NCBI GenBank assembly: GCA_951406725.2
Contig: OX597814.1
Coordinates: 220,844,001 to 220,908,000, forward strand
Origin: Octopus vulgaris
Taxonomy: Eukaryota
Reading direction: 5' to 3'
Length of the DNA stretch: 64,000 nucleotides
The translations under genes were made by a program, and so were the position numbers. The notes under the pieces are model-generated. The model was not told the DNA's origin. It saw only the letters and a list, made by a program, of their open reading frames with translations, and ran no database searches. Each line of letters begins with the position of its first letter. The stretch's first letter is position 1. Shown here one piece after another: positions 1-13,071 of this stretch.

Positions 1-147
1 TTCATCTATCCTGTTCTGGCTGACTTCAAACCCCGTCAGAAACATACTGGGGTGGATCCAATCCGCTATCTATCCCTTTGAAAACAGTGACATCGTACGA
101 ACATAACAAATCAATTGAATAGTTCATCTACTGTTTATAGCTGCTCG

Positions 148-185
<38 letters not shown>

Positions 186-1340
186 GTAATAAAAATTCAC
201 CGTTAGAGTTTGTGAATCAGCGAACATGGGTCTTATGAGATGTGAACCAGTGAATCCTCAAGTTATAAATCTAACACTCTATGAACTCGAACAACTATAA
301 TTCACTTAACAAACAGGTATCATAAAACAAGGTCTCTATGAATAATCGTTGTCCGTAGAATGGAAATGAAATCAATGAAAAAAAAACTGTTAAAAAAGAA
401 ATTTTCATTCAATTTATGTTTCATAGAAATGTGCTTCGTTTCTCTGTTGTGTTGATTGCTTCTCTCAAATTAAAATAGTATCTGTGTTCGACCTATATCT
501 GTAGAAGACAAACTGGTTTTTCATCAGCAATATTACACGGACACCACGTTAACTTTATCAATATGAAATTATATGTCTGAAAGCAGAGACATATTGCAAT
601 AGAACGATAGACTTAGAAATGAGTAATATTGAAAGTCATGTTCGATAGTAGAACAGACGGATCAGAAGACTGATTAATATGTTAAATAAAAGATTTAAAG
701 GTAAAGACAAGCAAGATTAAGTTTCTGATAACAACGTTGTATTTGCAATCTTAATTATTAGTTTATTGATTTATAATGAAGCAGGAATTACTTTGTTCGA
801 TTTTTCATGTTCCAAGAAAATTGCTAACGATATCAATAGAAATTGATTGGCTGAGCTTTAAAATACCTGTATACTCTAATTTCCTAAAATTTCTAACAAT
901 TCGTCATTAGAATAGTTTATTGAGAATAGAAACGTTTTTAGTATTTTTAAAACACTTGTATTTTTAAAATACTTGTATTTTACTCTAAAGTCACTAAATA
1001 TTTCGGTTAGCTTCCTCGAAAGAGGTGATTATTAGGGTTGTGTTTTGTTTAAGGTAAAGATGCTAAAACTCCGAATAACCAGTGATGCCTGTAGACTGAA
1101 GAACAGTAGCTGAGTGAGGGCTGGGGTTCTTAGTCATCAGAGTGATAATAGATTTGTGGCCTTCCTTGATTCACTGTGTTCCCATATTCTGTACACTATG
1201 TATACATTTTTAAAAATCTCATCTTTCCTTCCTCTCATCATTTTGAAATGAAACGTCCACACAAATCTTATTCGTCCCTCTAATTCTCCCCCCCCATCAG
1301 ATGTCCATATAGCAATTAAAAGAACTAATCATCATTAGTA

Positions 1341-1953
1341 TTATTGGTTTCAAATTTTGACAGAAGGCCTGAAATTACGAAGGAAAGGGTAAGTCGATTA
1401 CATCGACCCCAGTGATCAACTGATACCTTTTTTTATCGACCACGAAAGGACGAAAAGCAAAGACGGCCTCGATAGCATTTGAACTCTGAATATAAACTCT
1501 CTCTCTCTTTTACTCTTTTACTTGTTTCAGTCATTTGACTGCGGCCATGCTGGAGCACCGCCTTTAATCGAGCAGCTCGACCCCGGGACTTATTCTTTGT
1601 AAGCCCAGTACTTATTCTATCGGTCTCTTTTGCCGAACCGCTAAGTGACGGGGGACATAAACACACCAGCATCGGTTGTCAAGCAATGCTAGGGGGACAA
1701 ACACAGACACACAAACATACACGAACACATATATATATATATACATATATACGACAGGCTTCTTTCAGTTTCCGTCTACCAAATCCACTCACAAGGCTTT
1801 GGTCGGCCCGAGGCTATAGTAGAAGACACTTGCCCAAGGTACCACGCAGTGGGACTGAACCCGGAACCATGTGGTTGGTTAGCAAGCTACTTACCACACA
1901 GCCACGCTGCTAAGCATTTTATATTGTGCTAACGATTCTGCCAGCTTGCTGCT
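1341..1953 (-). mobile_element. SINE family B (tRNA-like head + GACTTTGCCTTTCATCCTTTCGGGGTCGATAAA core), split by a nested family A SINE
   Basis: Tail and core at 1341-1490 and head remnant (gctaacgattctgccagcttgc) at 1906-1953 match the other family B copies in reverse orientation. Confidence 0.75.
1497..1905 (-). mobile_element. SINE family A (tRNA-derived, internal (TA)n/(TG)n tract, (AGTAAAAG)n tail), full length
   Basis: Near-identical to copies at 14605, 18166, 22187, 51118 and 55361. The minus strand has A/B-box-like motifs (tggctgtgtggtaag / ggttcagtccc). Confidence 0.9.
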
Positions 1954-1960
1954 TCCATTG

Positions 1961-1978
1961 TCATTATTATTATTATTA

Positions 1979-2036
<58 letters not shown>

Positions 2037-2317
2037 TATTATTATAATTACTATTATTATTATTATTATTGTCATTTACTTTTAATCTGCATGTTTGATG
2101 CAATCACTTGCCGGGACACACCCAGCGCCCTAGGGCAAGTGAAGGTTAAGAGTTATTGAAATATAGCTGAAAGCTTGGGGAGGGGAAGTAGAGAAATATC
2201 TCCATGTAATACAAACACAAACATTTACATTGATAGGGTTTTTCTAAGGATGTGGGCAGTACTTGTTAGCACAATCTTTTGGATTTCCTTGAGACATTAT
2301 TATTATTGTTATTATTA

Positions 2318-2393
<76 letters not shown>

Positions 2394-2422
2394 TATTATT
2401 ATAATTACTATTATTATTATTA

Positions 2423-2453
<31 letters not shown>

Positions 2454-2476
2454 CATTATTATTATTATTATTATTA

Positions 2477-2550
<74 letters not shown>
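1961..2550. repeat. Two (ATT)n microsatellite arrays flanking a truncated LINE
   Basis: Directly visible. Source of the poly-Y/poly-I/poly-N ORFs. Confidence 0.95.
2071..2297 (-). mobile_element. 5'-truncated R4/Dong-clade LINE (ORF C-terminus + 3' UTR) inserted in (TAA)n
   Basis: The minus strand reads CLKEIQKIVLTSTAHILRKTLSM*, the typical R4/Dong C-terminus. It is followed by a 3' UTR with a stem (cacttgcc...ggcaagtg, about 2105-2140) that ends in (TAA)n. Dong elements are known to target (TAA)n. Confidence 0.8.
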
Positions 2551-2556
<6 letters not shown>

Positions 2557-3169
2557 TTCATCTTGAGCAGGCGTATTATTTCTAGTCCTGCTGATGGTTA
2601 GTCTTTGACTTTGTTTTCCGAAGTATTTTCATAATAATTAAAGTTATATTTTTTACGTGCCTAATTCCTGTTTACGAAAGTAGTCAGCTTTTTTTCGTTC
2701 AATTAATTCTCACTTGGTTTTGAAAATAGAAATTCTATCGAACGTTTTATTTCCTATTAGTTCGATGTAGGCGTCGTTGAATGTTAACACCTTATTTATG
2801 AGTTTGGATTAATATTTTACAATACATTGGATTTGCATTTTTTATGTGCATAACTATTTTAGAAGCCAAGTAGGTTTTATTAAAATGTTTTTCACAAAAA
2901 ACGATTTTATTTGAAGATTCTTTCTACTTTAGTGTATTTTATTCATGTATTTATTGTTTTGTTTGCCCTGGTTCGTAAAGGCGCCAAATGAATCGGGTAA
3001 CGACCACTCGCTTTCAAAAGCAGAAAATAACAAAAAGAAAAGTATTATATCAAACATAAAGCAAGAAAACATAAACAAGATCGCTTTGCAGTCAGATACA
3101 TATTTCTTAGATACAAGAAACTACAGTTTAAGATGAGTTTAACGGTAACAACATCAATGATAACAACAT

Positions 3170-4600
3170 CGACACCGGCAGACATACTTAAATTTTACAG
3201 AGCAAGACTCGATCCAAATAAAAAACATTCCAAACAACTTGACCACTTTTGTCCGAATTTCCTGAAGAAGGAAGAGAAACAGTCCAAAATAGAACAGTAG
3301 AAAACTTGAATTCCTAAAAACACCGTCACCCTGTTCAAAAATGCCCTAAGGAGCAGGCAAAAGCAAAAGCAAACTTAACTGTCTCACGAAAGGAGGGCTT
3401 GCCTTTACTATACTCTCAGCAGACAAGATAAGAGAAGCTCTCACAAATATCTAGGCTAGTACCTTATACATAGAAGAGGGTGAAGCCTACAGCACCACCT
3501 GTATCAACTTCAAGACAGAGATCAGGTTTGGAGAAAAGCAGAGATTGTGCCCAGGACAGCCGCTTATAAGCTTGTACTCTATAGATGGGTACAAGCAGTG
3601 CAATACAAGAATATATCTCAAGGTCAGAGCAAGTGATATTGGTCCCTGGATCACAAATAGTGAGAAATGACATGTCACCAGGAGCAGTCAGCGTGAACAT
3701 GTAAGTCTTCATGACACCTCAGGGCAACAAGGCTATTCCAGAGGCTGTGCACTGCTGTGTCTGCTGGATAAAAAAGAATAAGACTGGTGGTACTGCACAG
3801 AGATTTCAATTAGAATACTTGTAGGAAAAGTCACTTAGAAGCAAGCTCGAAAACAGAGAGAGCGAGGGAGAGAGAAAGAGAGAGCGAGAGGGGGGAGGGA
3901 AACGTTGAGTTGGAGAGCAGCATCAGCAGTGATTCCCTTAGGTTGCTGTTTCATTTACCAACACGTTGCATCATCGGTTACAGAGCCGATGATACACAAA
4001 ACATGTATTCCTTGCTTTCGGTTCCATAAACCAATAGACAAGAGTCAGTTAAGTAGGCAGCAGGTGCTTCCCTTTTCAGACAGATCTTTACCATCTTCTG
4101 ATGAATGGATGAAGGTGGAGGGAGAACAGGTAGGGCGAACTGCTCGAGAAAGCATTTAAAGATGTTGAAAAGATAAACAAACTTAAGAGGAAAGTATCTT
4201 ATACGTCGAAGATGCAGCCGACCGAACCGACATGGCTTTCGCAGTACTTCGTAGAGAAATTCTACAAGCAATGGACTGGCTAAACGAACTACAAGATGAT
4301 TTCGGAGAACACGAGGTGCAAATATGCAAAGAAATTGGATCATGCTACGTTAAGCTAGTCAAGAGATAGTTTGCTCTATAGAGTAATTTTCTGCGAATAA
4401 GAAAGGCAATCTTTAAACAGCCGCCAGCACGTGGGACCTTTCTTGCTCTTTCCGACATCTGAAATACTCCCAGGCACTTTCAGAAAGACACTCTATTCAG
4501 TAACTGGATGGAGAATAAAATAAGAGTGACTATGACGAATGTTGCGTGGGTATACTAGAAGAAATTGTTGGTATACCAGCCTGAATTATGTACAGCTAGT
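3170..4600 (+). pseudogene. Decayed coding-like TE remnant, possibly a LINE ORF1
   Basis: Purine-rich, higher-GC stretch with protein-like plus-strand segments (EESILYVEDAADRTDMAFAVLRREILQAMDWLNELQDDFGEHEVQICKEIG) broken by stops. No family is recognised with certainty. Confidence 0.25.
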
Positions 4601-4720
4601 TGTAATGATATCTTGTTTTAACGATCGTGTATTTTTCATATAATTATTCAGTTTGATTCATCAACATTTTAACCCGTCTAATTTATAACGTTTTTACTCA
4701 TTCTCGTCGTCATTGTTTAA

Positions 4721-5135
4721 GAGCTGGGAGCTAACAGAATCGTTAGCACGTCGAACAAAATGCTTAGCGGCGTTTCGTTCTGAGTTCAAATTCCACCGAG
4801 TTCGACTTTGCATTTCAGCCTTTCGAGATCTATGAAATAAGTACCACTTGCGCACTATGGTCGATGTAATCGATTCACACCCTTCCACCAAAATTTTCAG
4901 GCCTTGTGTCAATAGGAGATAGGCTTATCATCATTACTGTTAGAGCGCTGAACAAGCAGAATCTTTACTATGCCGGACAAAATGCTTAGTTCAAATTTTG
5001 ACGAGGTCGACCTTTCCTTTCTTCCTTCTGGGGTCGACAAAATAAGTACCAGTCGAACACTGGTGTTGATATAATGGGCTAACCGCCCTCGCCCCCAAAT
5101 TTCAGGCCTCAAGCCTTTAGTAGAAAAGATTATTA
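4721..5135 (+). mobile_element. Two tandem degraded family B SINEs
   Basis: The motif series gcagaatcgttagc...gagttcaaattcc...gtcgactttg...aataagtacca...aaatttcaggcc occurs twice. Confidence 0.8.
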
Positions 5136-5144
5136 TAATTATTG

Positions 5145-5702
5145 TGTGAGAGAGCAGTGCATGCCATCAAAGTGACACTGGGGTAAAATATACGAAGCCC
5201 AGTATACCTATCATGACTACCCATCTGAAGCCATGCATCACAACCATATGTGCGCGACACGGTGATCTCATATGAAGATTAACAGCGTATGATGTGCAGG
5301 TGGAGCCCAGTGTGAATTTTCTTCAGGTCGAGTAGCTCATCCCACTCAAAAGGTCCCTGAATAAGAGTTGTTTAAGGATATTGATAAAAACACCCATGTT
5401 TCTAGAGGTGAATTATTCAAACCCCAAAGAATTCGTCTCAACACATGGCTATGATGCTCCCCGACTACTTCTGCTCGTGATCAGAGATGCACATATCGTC
5501 AGCCACTAAGGAACATGCTCAACTGGTTAAGGTCAAACAACTGACAAGCAAATCTGTGGTATTGAGCAGAATATTTGCTGTAGCCCATCTTTTATACCAA
5601 GACAAAACAATGTACATGATAACACTTCTAATCAGTTAAGATGAGAAGCCATGAGAGCCACTGCCTCGTACTGCATCAGGGCATTTATTATTATTATTAT
5701 TA
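5145..5702 (+). mobile_element. Unclassified interspersed retroelement-like sequence ending in (ATT)n
   Basis: Higher-complexity block with an abrupt (ATT)n tail. It has no second copy in the window. Confidence 0.35.
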
Positions 5703-6453
5703 TATTCGCTCTATATAGCACGAAATTTTCTCCCTCCATAAGCTCCACTAAATATGAATCACTATTGTCTTACTAGATGCCTGTATGCATTGATTTTTGT
5801 TGTCAATTTTGTAGATAAAATTATACACAATATACCTTTAGGCCGCTATTTTTATGACGGTCTTACTATGCGTCCGTACTCCCGTTGGAATTCTGTGTTA
5901 ATATAAAAATAAACATCAAAATTATATTAGAAAGAATCGTGAATTTTAAATAATGGCATTATGTTTTTCTCTGAAGAATGTAATGGTGAGGTCACAAGTG
6001 ATTCAAAGAGTAATAAGGAAGTTTGTAATGATTCCATAATAATTATAAAAATAGATAACAATAGAGCAGAGCAAAGGCGACATAATATTCAAAATTTTTG
6101 TCGTTGCAGTCAACGCAGCTGCTGCTACGACACTGATGTCGTTTCAAAGACATCAGGATGAAATAATTTACAATGCTATTGGCTGCAACATCAGAAGAGC
6201 AGCAACAACAATAGAAATAACAACAGTAACAGCAGCAGCAGCAACAACAACAACAACAACTACTACTACAACAAAAACAACTGCAACAGGAGTAAGGATT
6301 TCAATGTGACCACAAAGATTTTATCATTTTCCCGAGCAACGAGCAGCAAGAGACATCCCACTTTGTCGAAAAGAAGTAAGAGAAAACATCAAAACACGAC
6401 ATCATATATCCTTGTGTGATTGCACTTCCAGCTGTTGAGATGAGTGGAACTCA

Positions 6454-6613
6454 TCTATGTATAAAACTGAGAATGTCTGTCTGTCTGTGTGTCTGTATGT
6501 GTGCATCATGAAAACTCGAGATCTACTCAACCGATTTCATTCAAATTTTATACTTGCATTACTTAGGGTCCACGCAACTTCTTGCCTAATGCGAGCCCGG
6601 AGCAATCTCTTGT
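6454..6613 (+). mobile_element. Degraded non-autonomous Helitron-like element
   Basis: A|TCTATGTATAAA 5' end, (CTGT)n subterminal tract, and ccgatt...caaatt motif shared with the 36498 copy. The 3' end (cccgg...cttgt) is degraded. Confidence 0.5.
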
Positions 6614-6950
6614 CTCTTACACTATTTCAGTATTATGTGTCAAAAGTAAAAAATCTCTATTGTAATGTGAGATAATTCTTTCAGTTTTAATAGTTTCACT
6701 GTGTATTTACATACATGTTTGTATATATATATATATATATATATACTTTGTATATATATATATGTATGTATATATGTGGATATATATGTATATATATGTA
6801 TGTATATATGTGGATATATATGTATATATATATAAGTATATATATTTATGTATATATATATATCTTTATGTATGTATATTTATGTGTATATATGTGTGTG
6901 TGTGTGTGTGTATATATATGCATATATATGTGTATATATATGTATATAAA

Positions 6951-7760
6951 TTAAGAAGTGGAGTTAAATGCAGTTGTTATTCAGATCTTTATACTTCCGA
7001 CATATGTTTCGAAGAAAACATTGGTATTATTCCTGAGAGAATAAAATGATGTAAAACAATGTAATCATCTCGTCAAGGAAACAAGAGCAACAAAACACAT
7101 CAATAAGCCATTTTAACCGAGTGTGATTACCGCGTATATGATGAAGGTAACGCTGGCAAGTTATATTTTTAAAAAATCGTTAATAGATTTAACGTCAAGG
7201 GAAAGAGAAGGAGAAGAGAGAAAGAAATTAACATAAAATTAAGAATAGAGAAATATAGTGCAATAGATGAGTGAAAATAAAGCTTAAAGGCGTGTAAATA
7301 TGTAGTGGAAATAAAATGTAAGACAGTCAAAAGTCGAATTTTATAGATTTGTTAGAAAGTACTTGTGTCAACTAAAGGTATGTTTTTCCCAATGTTTGCA
7401 AGGATAAACGCGTTCTTTAAACATGTTTACAAGAGAATTCGCTGAGAAGAGAATGAGATACTATTCTTCGTTACAGAGCGGACAAAATGATTTACCTTTA
7501 TCATATGGAAAGGATCTAGATAGAATATTCCATTCCAAATCAAATTGTTTATCATGTTCATTTAGAGACCAAATTAATTTACTAAGCCCGGTATTGTTGT
7601 GTTTATTGATATGTCTAAATGTAGAGTAATGGTTAGATATTCTTTTCGACAACTGAGATGATGAATTACCAATGTAAAAAAAAAAGACATCAGAACAGGA
7701 AGTAATTTTACACTGATAAACAGAGTTTCTAGTCTTAGAATTACTGCTAAGAAAATGAAT
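6951..7760 (-). mobile_element. Penelope-like element 3' fragment (GIY-YIG remnant + pLTR)
   Basis: The minus strand gives YIGNSSSQLSKRISNHYSTFRH...LSKLIWSL...LEWNIL...CPLCNEE, the C-terminus of a Penelope endonuclease. The element ends at a TA-rich tract. Confidence 0.8.
6995..7080 (-). ncRNA. Degenerate minimal type I hammerhead ribozyme
   Basis: ttcc-TTGACGA-gatg...cttc-GAAA-CATATG-TC-ggaa. Core C3 is changed to U, and stem III is palindromic. Confidence 0.65.
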
Positions 7761-7801
7761 GCGTTTCGAAGTTATATTAGAAATACTATATATATATAAA
7801 T

Positions 7802-8151
7802 CGCAATAGCCCAGTGGTTAGGGAAGTGGACTGGCGATCATAGGATCGCAGTTTCGATTCCCAGACCTGGCGTTATGAGTGTTTATTGAGCGAAAATGAG
7901 GCTCCGGCAGGGGGATGGGGTGGGTGAAATCTACTGTATTCTTTAACCATAACTTTCTCTCACTCTTTCTTCATGTTTCTGTTGTGCCTGTATTTTAAAG
8001 GCCCAGCCTTGTCATACCCTGTGTCACGCTAAATTTCACCGAGAACTACGTTAAGGGTACACGTGTCTGTGGAATGCTCAGCCACTTGCACGTTAATTTC
8101 ATGAGCAGGCTGTTCTGTTGATTGGATCAACTGGAACCCTTGCCGTCGTAA
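7802..8151 (+). mobile_element. SINE family C (tRNA-derived), diverged
   Basis: Matches the 44861 copy along its length. Confidence 0.85.
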
Positions 8152-8614
8152 TTTTACATATATATATATACTTATAACATAGGAATACTTACATATATGA
8201 ACGTATACATAAATATATATGTACGTATGAAACACGACCAGTTTAAATTGCCCGCCTCCTAACTCCATGTGCGATATGGTTAAAACATCACCGCAGTAAA
8301 TACAATAACGAAATAAAATTTTAAATTTATATAAATAAGGCAAAGCACTTCTTAATGTAAAGCCAGAAATCTGGGGTCTGGAATTATCCAGTAATTTTTT
8401 GCTAGTTTTATTTTATTATTTTTTTTGTCTTCTCTCCTTGTGCTGTATGAACATTTAATATGGCTTTAGAGTCAGATACCCTAAATTATAATTTTAATTA
8501 TTATTACCTTCGAAGGTTTTTATTAACATGCTGGCCACTTGATAAGATCGATATTTAATTTAAATTAATGATCTTATCCTTATATATATATATATGAGGG
8601 TTGTATGAAAGGTT

Positions 8615-8639
<25 letters not shown>

Positions 8640-8647
<8 letters not shown>

Positions 8648-8853
8648 ATATGTGTGTGTGTGTTTGTATGTCTGTGATTGTCGCTACAACATCGCTTGTC
8701 AACCGATGTTGGTGTGTTTACGTCCCCATGACTTAGAAATTCGGCAAAAGTGACCGATAGAATAAAGTACTAGGCTTACAAAGAATAAGTCCTGGGATCG
8801 AGTAAAGGTGTCGCAGTCAAATGACTGAAACAAGTTAAAGAAGAGAATAAAAG
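8640..8853 (+). mobile_element. SINE family A, 3' half
   Basis: caaccgatgttggtgtgttt...gcttacaaagaataagtcc...gcagtcaaatgactgaaacaag. Confidence 0.8.
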
Positions 8854-10330
8854 AATATATATGTGTATATATATATTTGAAATTTATTTATATATATTTT
8901 TGAATTTTTCATTTGTAAATATTATACAATATTTCATCAAAAAAAAAAAACCCCACAAAAATCTCCAAAACTGAAATTGAATGTTTGAAAGAAATGGGAA
9001 GAGAGTATATAAATATAACTGAAAGAGGAGAAAAAGAAAGAAAGAGGAAAAAAGAAGGAAAGAGGAGAAAAGAAAGAGAAAACAGGGAAAAAGAGAAAAA
9101 GAAGGGGAAAAGAAGTGAGCTAATGAACTTATGTAGACACGCAACCAAATTTAAAATGTCAAATATAAATATACCATGTGGATAGAGTATATATTTTGTA
9201 TTTTTGATTTTTGAAATTTTGATTTTGACTCTTGGACTAGTATGTAAACTCGACGATGGATTTGTTTCGCACTATGCAGATTTCATTCCGTATAGCAAAG
9301 TCTCATGCATATATTTTGTTTATTTTGTTTATATTTCTACATATACATTAGGAAAAACCTTCGGCTTTGTTTATTTCATGTTATTGTATTGTATGGGATT
9401 ACCTTGATTTTTAATTTATAGATGATCCAAAATAGGGTGTTATATTTTATATGTCTTTCGTATATTTTTCATTATTGCACTCACCTTTTTTTAAAAAGCA
9501 ATGTTGCCAAAAATTAGAATTTTGATGTAAATATGCGTATAGCCATGGATATGTATTTGTAAGCATGCGTCTCTATGTATGTGTAAGTGAGCGTATGTTT
9601 GTGCTTAAGCACACACATACACGACTGTATGTGTATGTATCCATTCGAACTTGTGTATTTGTATACTTGTCTCCATACACGTCAATAACGCGGTTACACA
9701 GCTTGTATACATAATTTTTCTTATTTCGTTTTTTCCCACCCCTCCTTTTTCTTTTTTCCTTCCCCTTCTTCGTTCCTTTTTCTCTCTCTTCCTTTCTTTC
9801 GTTTTTTTCTCTAACTGATACTGGTACATACAACTTTACGTCCCCCTTACTTAAGCTTTACTCCGTAAATAAGAAACGCTACATTAGCATCGATGATTTT
9901 AACTTGCGTGCGAGATAGATTGCGTACATATATGTATGCATGCATTTGTGTGTATATTTTATATTTATATTTATACGTCTGTATATGTATGGCGTTTGCA
10001 CGCATCCTTCTGTGTATGTTGATATATATGTACACTTTAATATGAATATGTATTGCAGTGTAATATTTATAATGAGTTTTAATTTCCATGCATTAATTAT
10101 ATTTCCTTCATTAACGTCAATATGTATTTTATTCAATGTAAGGTTTTTTCCTCGAATTTTATAATTTTTATAATTTTTATATATATATATATACATATAT
10201 GTTTGAGCTCATTTTTTGTTTATCGCTCGAAGATTGACCGTTATTTCTAAAGGGCCTATCAAACAAGTCCATTTTTTTAAAGGTGTAGCGTTTGTAAGAG
10301 TCTGGATTGAATTGATATATCGGTTCCATT

Positions 10331-10442
10331 CTAGCAAAAACTGTCTGATGAACGGCAACGAGAAACTCAGAGTAACAGATTTTGTTGAATTTTCTGCTGC
10401 TTTATTTAAATACCAGTGGTAGAGTAATATGCTTTAAATAAA

Positions 10443-10444
<2 letters not shown>
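10331..10444 (+). mobile_element. Short hammerhead-bearing non-autonomous element (Penelope pLTR-like) abutting (TA)n
   Basis: Same family as 13071-13302 and ends in aataaag-(TA)n. Confidence 0.7.
10341..10378 (+). ncRNA. Minimal type I hammerhead ribozyme, intact core
   Basis: ctgt-CTGATGA-acg-gcaa-cga-GAAA-CTCAGAG-TA-acag. Predicted GUA cleavage after 10374. The first stem II pair is mismatched. Confidence 0.75.
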
Positions 10445-10514
<70 letters not shown>

Positions 10515-10545
10515 TGTAGCTTCTGACTACTTGTGAGTAGATATG

Positions 10546-10804
10546 TGAGTGGATTTCGTACACAGAAACTGAAAGAAGACTGTTGTATATATGCGTATAT
10601 TTGTGTGTGTGTGTCTGTGTTTGTACCCTCACCATTACTTGACAACCGATGTTGCTGTATTTACGTTCCCATAAATTAGCAGTTCGGCAAAAGACACTGA
10701 CAGAATAAGAACAAGGCTTACAAAGAATAAATCCTGTAGTCGATTTATTCGACCAGCAGTGGTACTCCAGCATGGCCGCAGTCACATGAGTGAAACAAGT
10801 AAAA
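10546..10804 (+). mobile_element. SINE family A, 5'-truncated and diverged
   Basis: gtgagtggattt...gaaactgaaagaag...cagcatggccgcagtca...gaaacaagtaaaa. Confidence 0.8.
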
Positions 10805-10828
10805 CATTTAAAAACTATGCCATTTTAA

Positions 10829-10858
10829 TCCCGAGCAAGGCCGGGTATCTCTGTTAGT
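10829..10858 (+). mobile_element. Helitron 3' terminus (hairpin + TTAG|T)
   Basis: cccgagcaaggccggg...gttagt matches the 3' end of the 38215-38601 element. Confidence 0.5.
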
Positions 10859-11589
10859 AAACGACTATTCTGCATAAGTATATTCGTTACAGAGGGCAGA
10901 CTTGGCAGTATTCAACAGCAGTGGAAAACGAAAGACGCCTGGAAGAAATTTGATCTGAAGTCGAGTAAATAATGTGAGGAGCACAATAAGGGATAGTGTT
11001 AACCAACTACCATCTACATCAATGAGCTGAAAATTAAAACAATGACTACAGATATATGCCTATCCCTAGCATTTAGGATTGTCCCTTTTTAAAATGGGAC
11101 TACTGTTAACTAAATTTAGAGTCACCAACGTGTTTCGTCAAAGGCTAAAATTGACGGTAATAAGGAGATCCAAACAGGAACGTCCATAGAATTCTAAGTG
11201 TTAGTCGCGCTTGTCGATTTTCTGGCATACTCGAATGTTTGTGTTTCGAAGACAACCAGAAAATGCGGGTAGCTGCCGAAAGTAGGAAATCCTAATAGCA
11301 CGTTTACGAGTGTGACATCAACAACAATGTTTACTGCAGACCAATGGAAAGGAGCACACGAATGAGTGTCCTTACAAAACAAGAACAAAAGAAACACCAG
11401 AAACATGGACATAGCTTCAACATTCGTCGATCCCTCAATTAAGGAAGCTGTAAGGGACGACAATAAATCATCCGAAAATGGGTGAGTGTAGAAGGATCGA
11501 TAAAAAAGTGGTGATGTAGGAAAAGGGTTATCAGAGATCTAACCATTCAGAGATCTAAAGGTTTGGCAAACTTCTCAAAGGATATGGTC

Positions 11590-13029
11590 AAACACACCTC
11601 AATAAACAGGCCAACCTAACATCACACACAACCTCAAAATGCTTCCATACATTTCCACCCACAACCCCAAAAATATCGAAGCATACACCACAATCATACA
11701 AAACCTCAGTCTACTGTCAACAGACCCAAAAATGAAAGACATTATAAATACACACAAAATCCTCAAATGTAAAAGGCAACACAAATCTTTAAAAAAACTC
11801 TTGACAAATGCCAAACTTCACACACCACATCCACCCCCAACAGTAAAAAATGTGCACGCTCAAACTGTGGTACCTGCCCCTTTCTACTTGAAGGCTCTGA
11901 ATTTACCTTCAAACAAGGTACGAAGTTTAAAATCAAGACTAACTTATCCTGTTCCTCCGAGAACCTTATCTACGTTCTCACATGCGCTGGTTGCCAACAT
12001 AATTATGTTGGACAAACGAGTCTCCCGTTACGTAAACGAGTAACGGTGCATAAAGAACAAATAAATCTCCCGGAATACCGACAAATTCCACTGAGTGACC
12101 ACTTAGACTCATGTGCTAAAGACTTAAACCCCAAATTCTATATATTCCCCTTCTACCAATGTAAAGACGGGATCACCACACAGGAGAGTATTAACAAGGA
12201 GAATCTCTTTATTGAAAAATTCCAAACACAACTTAATATGCAAACTCCTCGTTGATCAAACTTCCTTTCTCTACCTCACTCTTCATGGATGGACTAACAC
12301 AAATATATAAAGATACCATGCATTCATCACTTCAAGCTAAAACTTATATTCTTTAAATATCATTTTTACTATTGTTGTTATTACTATCATTTTTATTATA
12401 AATGATATGACAATTTGAAATGCAATTGTCTATGCAGATTTATATAATTAGAAAATAATATAAATAAAGTGTTAAAATCTGAAAGTTAAGTTAACAAGCA
12501 ATTATATAAAAAAGATAACGCAAATGAAGCTAAAATGATAATTTTATAATTTGGGTTTTAAGAACTCAATTTGGGTTTGAAGAACTCAAAAGAGTTGTCT
12601 CCCCTTACTCACAACACAGGAACTGAAGAACCACAATTATACTACTTCCTGTCCTGCCAACATGCTGAATTAAACCACACAACACATGCTCTTAATCCCT
12701 TTGGATCTTAATACCTCAAGGTAATTTTTTCGTGAACAATCATAAAACTCAAGATACACAACGAACTCACAATGTATCGGAGAACTTATTTTTTTATTTT
12801 TTTATTTTTGTACATTTTTATCATTATTCTTTTGCAAAAAACAATGCAATTTTCTTTTTTTCCCCTTTCTAATTTTAAAAAAAACTTTTTAAAACATAAA
12901 TATTCTTGACAAGTCATACAATGACGAAAACCGGTTGAATAAATATATATTTATATATTTTATCAATTTCTCATTTTATTAAAATTTTCTTTCATTTGAG
13001 CATTCTGCATTAAAAAAAAAATTTTTCGT

Positions 13030-13033
<4 letters not shown>
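11590..13033 (+). mobile_element. Penelope-like element 3' part: linker + CxxC + GIY-YIG endonuclease (one frameshift) + pLTR
   Basis: LPYISTHNP...SLKKLL, a frameshift in the A-run near 11845, then CARSNCGTC...LSCSSENLIYVLTCAGCQHNYVGQT...RKRVTVHKEQI...HLDSC...ENLFIEKFQTQLN* (stop at 12255). Confidence 0.9.
12901..12941 (+). ncRNA. Degenerate minimal hammerhead in the Penelope pLTR
   Basis: tattc-TTGACAA-gtcat-aca-atgac-GAAA-ACCGG-TT-gaata. All three stems are intact, with two core mutations. Confidence 0.65.

Positions 13034-13070
<37 letters not shown>

Positions 13071-13071
<1 letters not shown>

Noticed and set aside
180-1000. Possible additional Dong remnants here and at ~2690-2945, ~9200-9540 and ~13600-14130
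   Set aside because: They show only faint motif resemblance and their boundaries cannot be supported.
1433-1913. Recurring ORFs such as SGSAKETDRISTGLTKNK and RQASFSFRLPNPLT
   Set aside because: They are chance frames in the non-coding family A SINE and recur only because the SINE does.
3978-4343. 121-aa minus-strand ORF
   Set aside because: It has no recognisable domain and is probably the antisense shadow of a decayed plus-strand TE frame.
8236-8293. Further hammerhead-like traces here and at ~11113-11158, ~31335-31390, ~53545-53565 and ~54410-54450 (minus strand)
   Set aside because: Some stems are present, but the cores are too mutated or missing to call by eye.
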